Shown here in pieces: positions 1-64,000 of a DNA stretch of 64,000 nt. Every line of letters starts with the position of its first letter. Positions within the stretch are counted from its first letter, which is position 1. This DNA is from Octopus sinensis (lineage: Eukaryota). The notes under the pieces are model-generated. The model was given only the letters and a program-made list of their open reading frames with translations. It ran no database searches and was not told the DNA's origin. The position numbers were made by a program, and so were the translations under genes. The stretch covers positions 17,856,001 through 17,920,000 of the forward strand of contig NC_043003.1 of assembly GCF_006345805.1 (NCBI RefSeq), written 5' to 3'.

Positions 1-23
1 GGGTTAATACCCACAAGGGGCTA

Positions 24-66
<43 letters not shown>

Positions 67-367
67 CACACATTCATGCATCATCATCATTGTTTAATGT
101 CCACCTTCCATGCTAGCATGGGTGGGATGGTTTCACAAGAGCCAGCGGGCAGAAACCTGCACTAGGTTTCTGTGACTAGACATATATACATATATATATG
201 CACATATACATACATACATACATACATGTATGTACATACATACACACACAAACACACACACAAATGAATGTATCATAGAAATAATTGGAATACTCCTAAG
301 ACAGTTCATCAGTACAACCTATATTTTCTGTTCTCTTACATGTTCTTGTTTCACTTTCAAATTGCAG

Positions 368-63097
<62,730 letters not shown>

Positions 63098-63914
63098 GTA
63101 AGCCAACTGCATCCGGTAGGATTTGAACTCTGAACATAAAGATCCTCAAACTAAATAAGACAAGAAATCCAATCTGACATCCCAGAATTCCTTTCATTTT
63201 ACTATTCCAGTTGGTGTACTGATGTTCTCTCTTCTTTCACTTGCTTTAGTCATTGAACTGCAGCCATGCTGGGGTGTCCCTTTTAAAGGGTTTTAGTTGA
63301 ACAAATTGACCCTGGAACTGATGTCTCTTTGTTAAGTCTGGCACTTGTTCTATCTGTTTCTTTTGCTGAACTACTCATTTATGAGGATGTGAACAAACCA
63401 ACACCGGTTATCAAGCAGTTGTAGTGTGTGTGGGACAAACACAGACACAAAGACGCACACATATATATGATATATTATATACATGAAACTTAAGAGTCTT
63501 GGTTTCATTTCTTCTCACTTATCATGGAGCATTGGGCCTTGCAAGACCTCTACCTAGCTTGTTTGCTCGGTGCATATCTGACATTATGAGCCTGTTCCAG
63601 GCCTAATCCCCTTCCATAGTCCTCAGCATAGTATTGACAGATCTGCCTCATCTGCTGAGCCCTCGCCTCTATCTTCCAATTGACAAAAACATGAAAATTC
63701 AAAAGAAAGGAAATTAGAGTTATGATTGAATGTACCAAAGTAATAGTTGATTTTCTGAAGGTGCATGGCTCAGTGGTTAGAGCGTCGAGCTTACGATCGT
63801 GAGGTTGTGAGTTTGAATCCCGGACCGGGCTGCATGTTGTATTCTTGAGCAGGACACTTTATTTCATGTTGCTCCAGTTCACTCAGCTGTAGAAATGAGT
63901 TGCGGCATTTCATT

Positions 63915-63996
63915 GGATTTCAAAAATCTGCCCATACTGTACCACCATTCAGCATATGCCGAATGGTGGTATAGTATGGGCAGATTTTTGAAATCC
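63915..63996. repeat. Near-perfect 82-bp palindrome
   Basis: ggatttcaaaaatctgcccatactgtaccaccattc / gaatggtggtatagtatgggcagatttttgaaatcc. Confidence 0.85.
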
Positions 63997-64000
63997 TACG

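Overview
This is AT-rich, repeat-dense animal genomic DNA. The SINE and microsatellite landscape suggests an octopod cephalopod (inference, no database check). The window lies entirely inside one + strand gene. Fourteen phase-consistent GT-AG exons (368-63097; 1378 nt, about 459 aa) encode a coiled-coil region, an acidic/Ser-rich linker and most of a Rab GTPase domain. This is a large Rab of the CRACR2A/EFCAB4B (Rab46)-RASEF group; the EF-hand N-terminus and the C-terminal end lie outside the window. Introns contain tRNA-headed and RTE-tailed SINEs, piggyBac-, Tc1/mariner-, Tc2/pogo- and hAT-like MITEs, and LINE remnants. Main finding: the first intron holds a near-identical 481-bp tandem repeat that folds back on itself (11168-13193). 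Every unit encodes a type I hammerhead ribozyme fold, and three copies are in the host pre-mRNA sense, as in retrozyme or Penelope pLTR arrays. Several other repeat families in the window carry minimal hammerhead-like motifs, including G3-C8 and U3-A8 compensatory core variants and a Pol III SINE-like element with a hammerhead in its tail. All structures were read by eye and none has been tested. TE boundaries are approximate unless a TSD/TIR is quoted.
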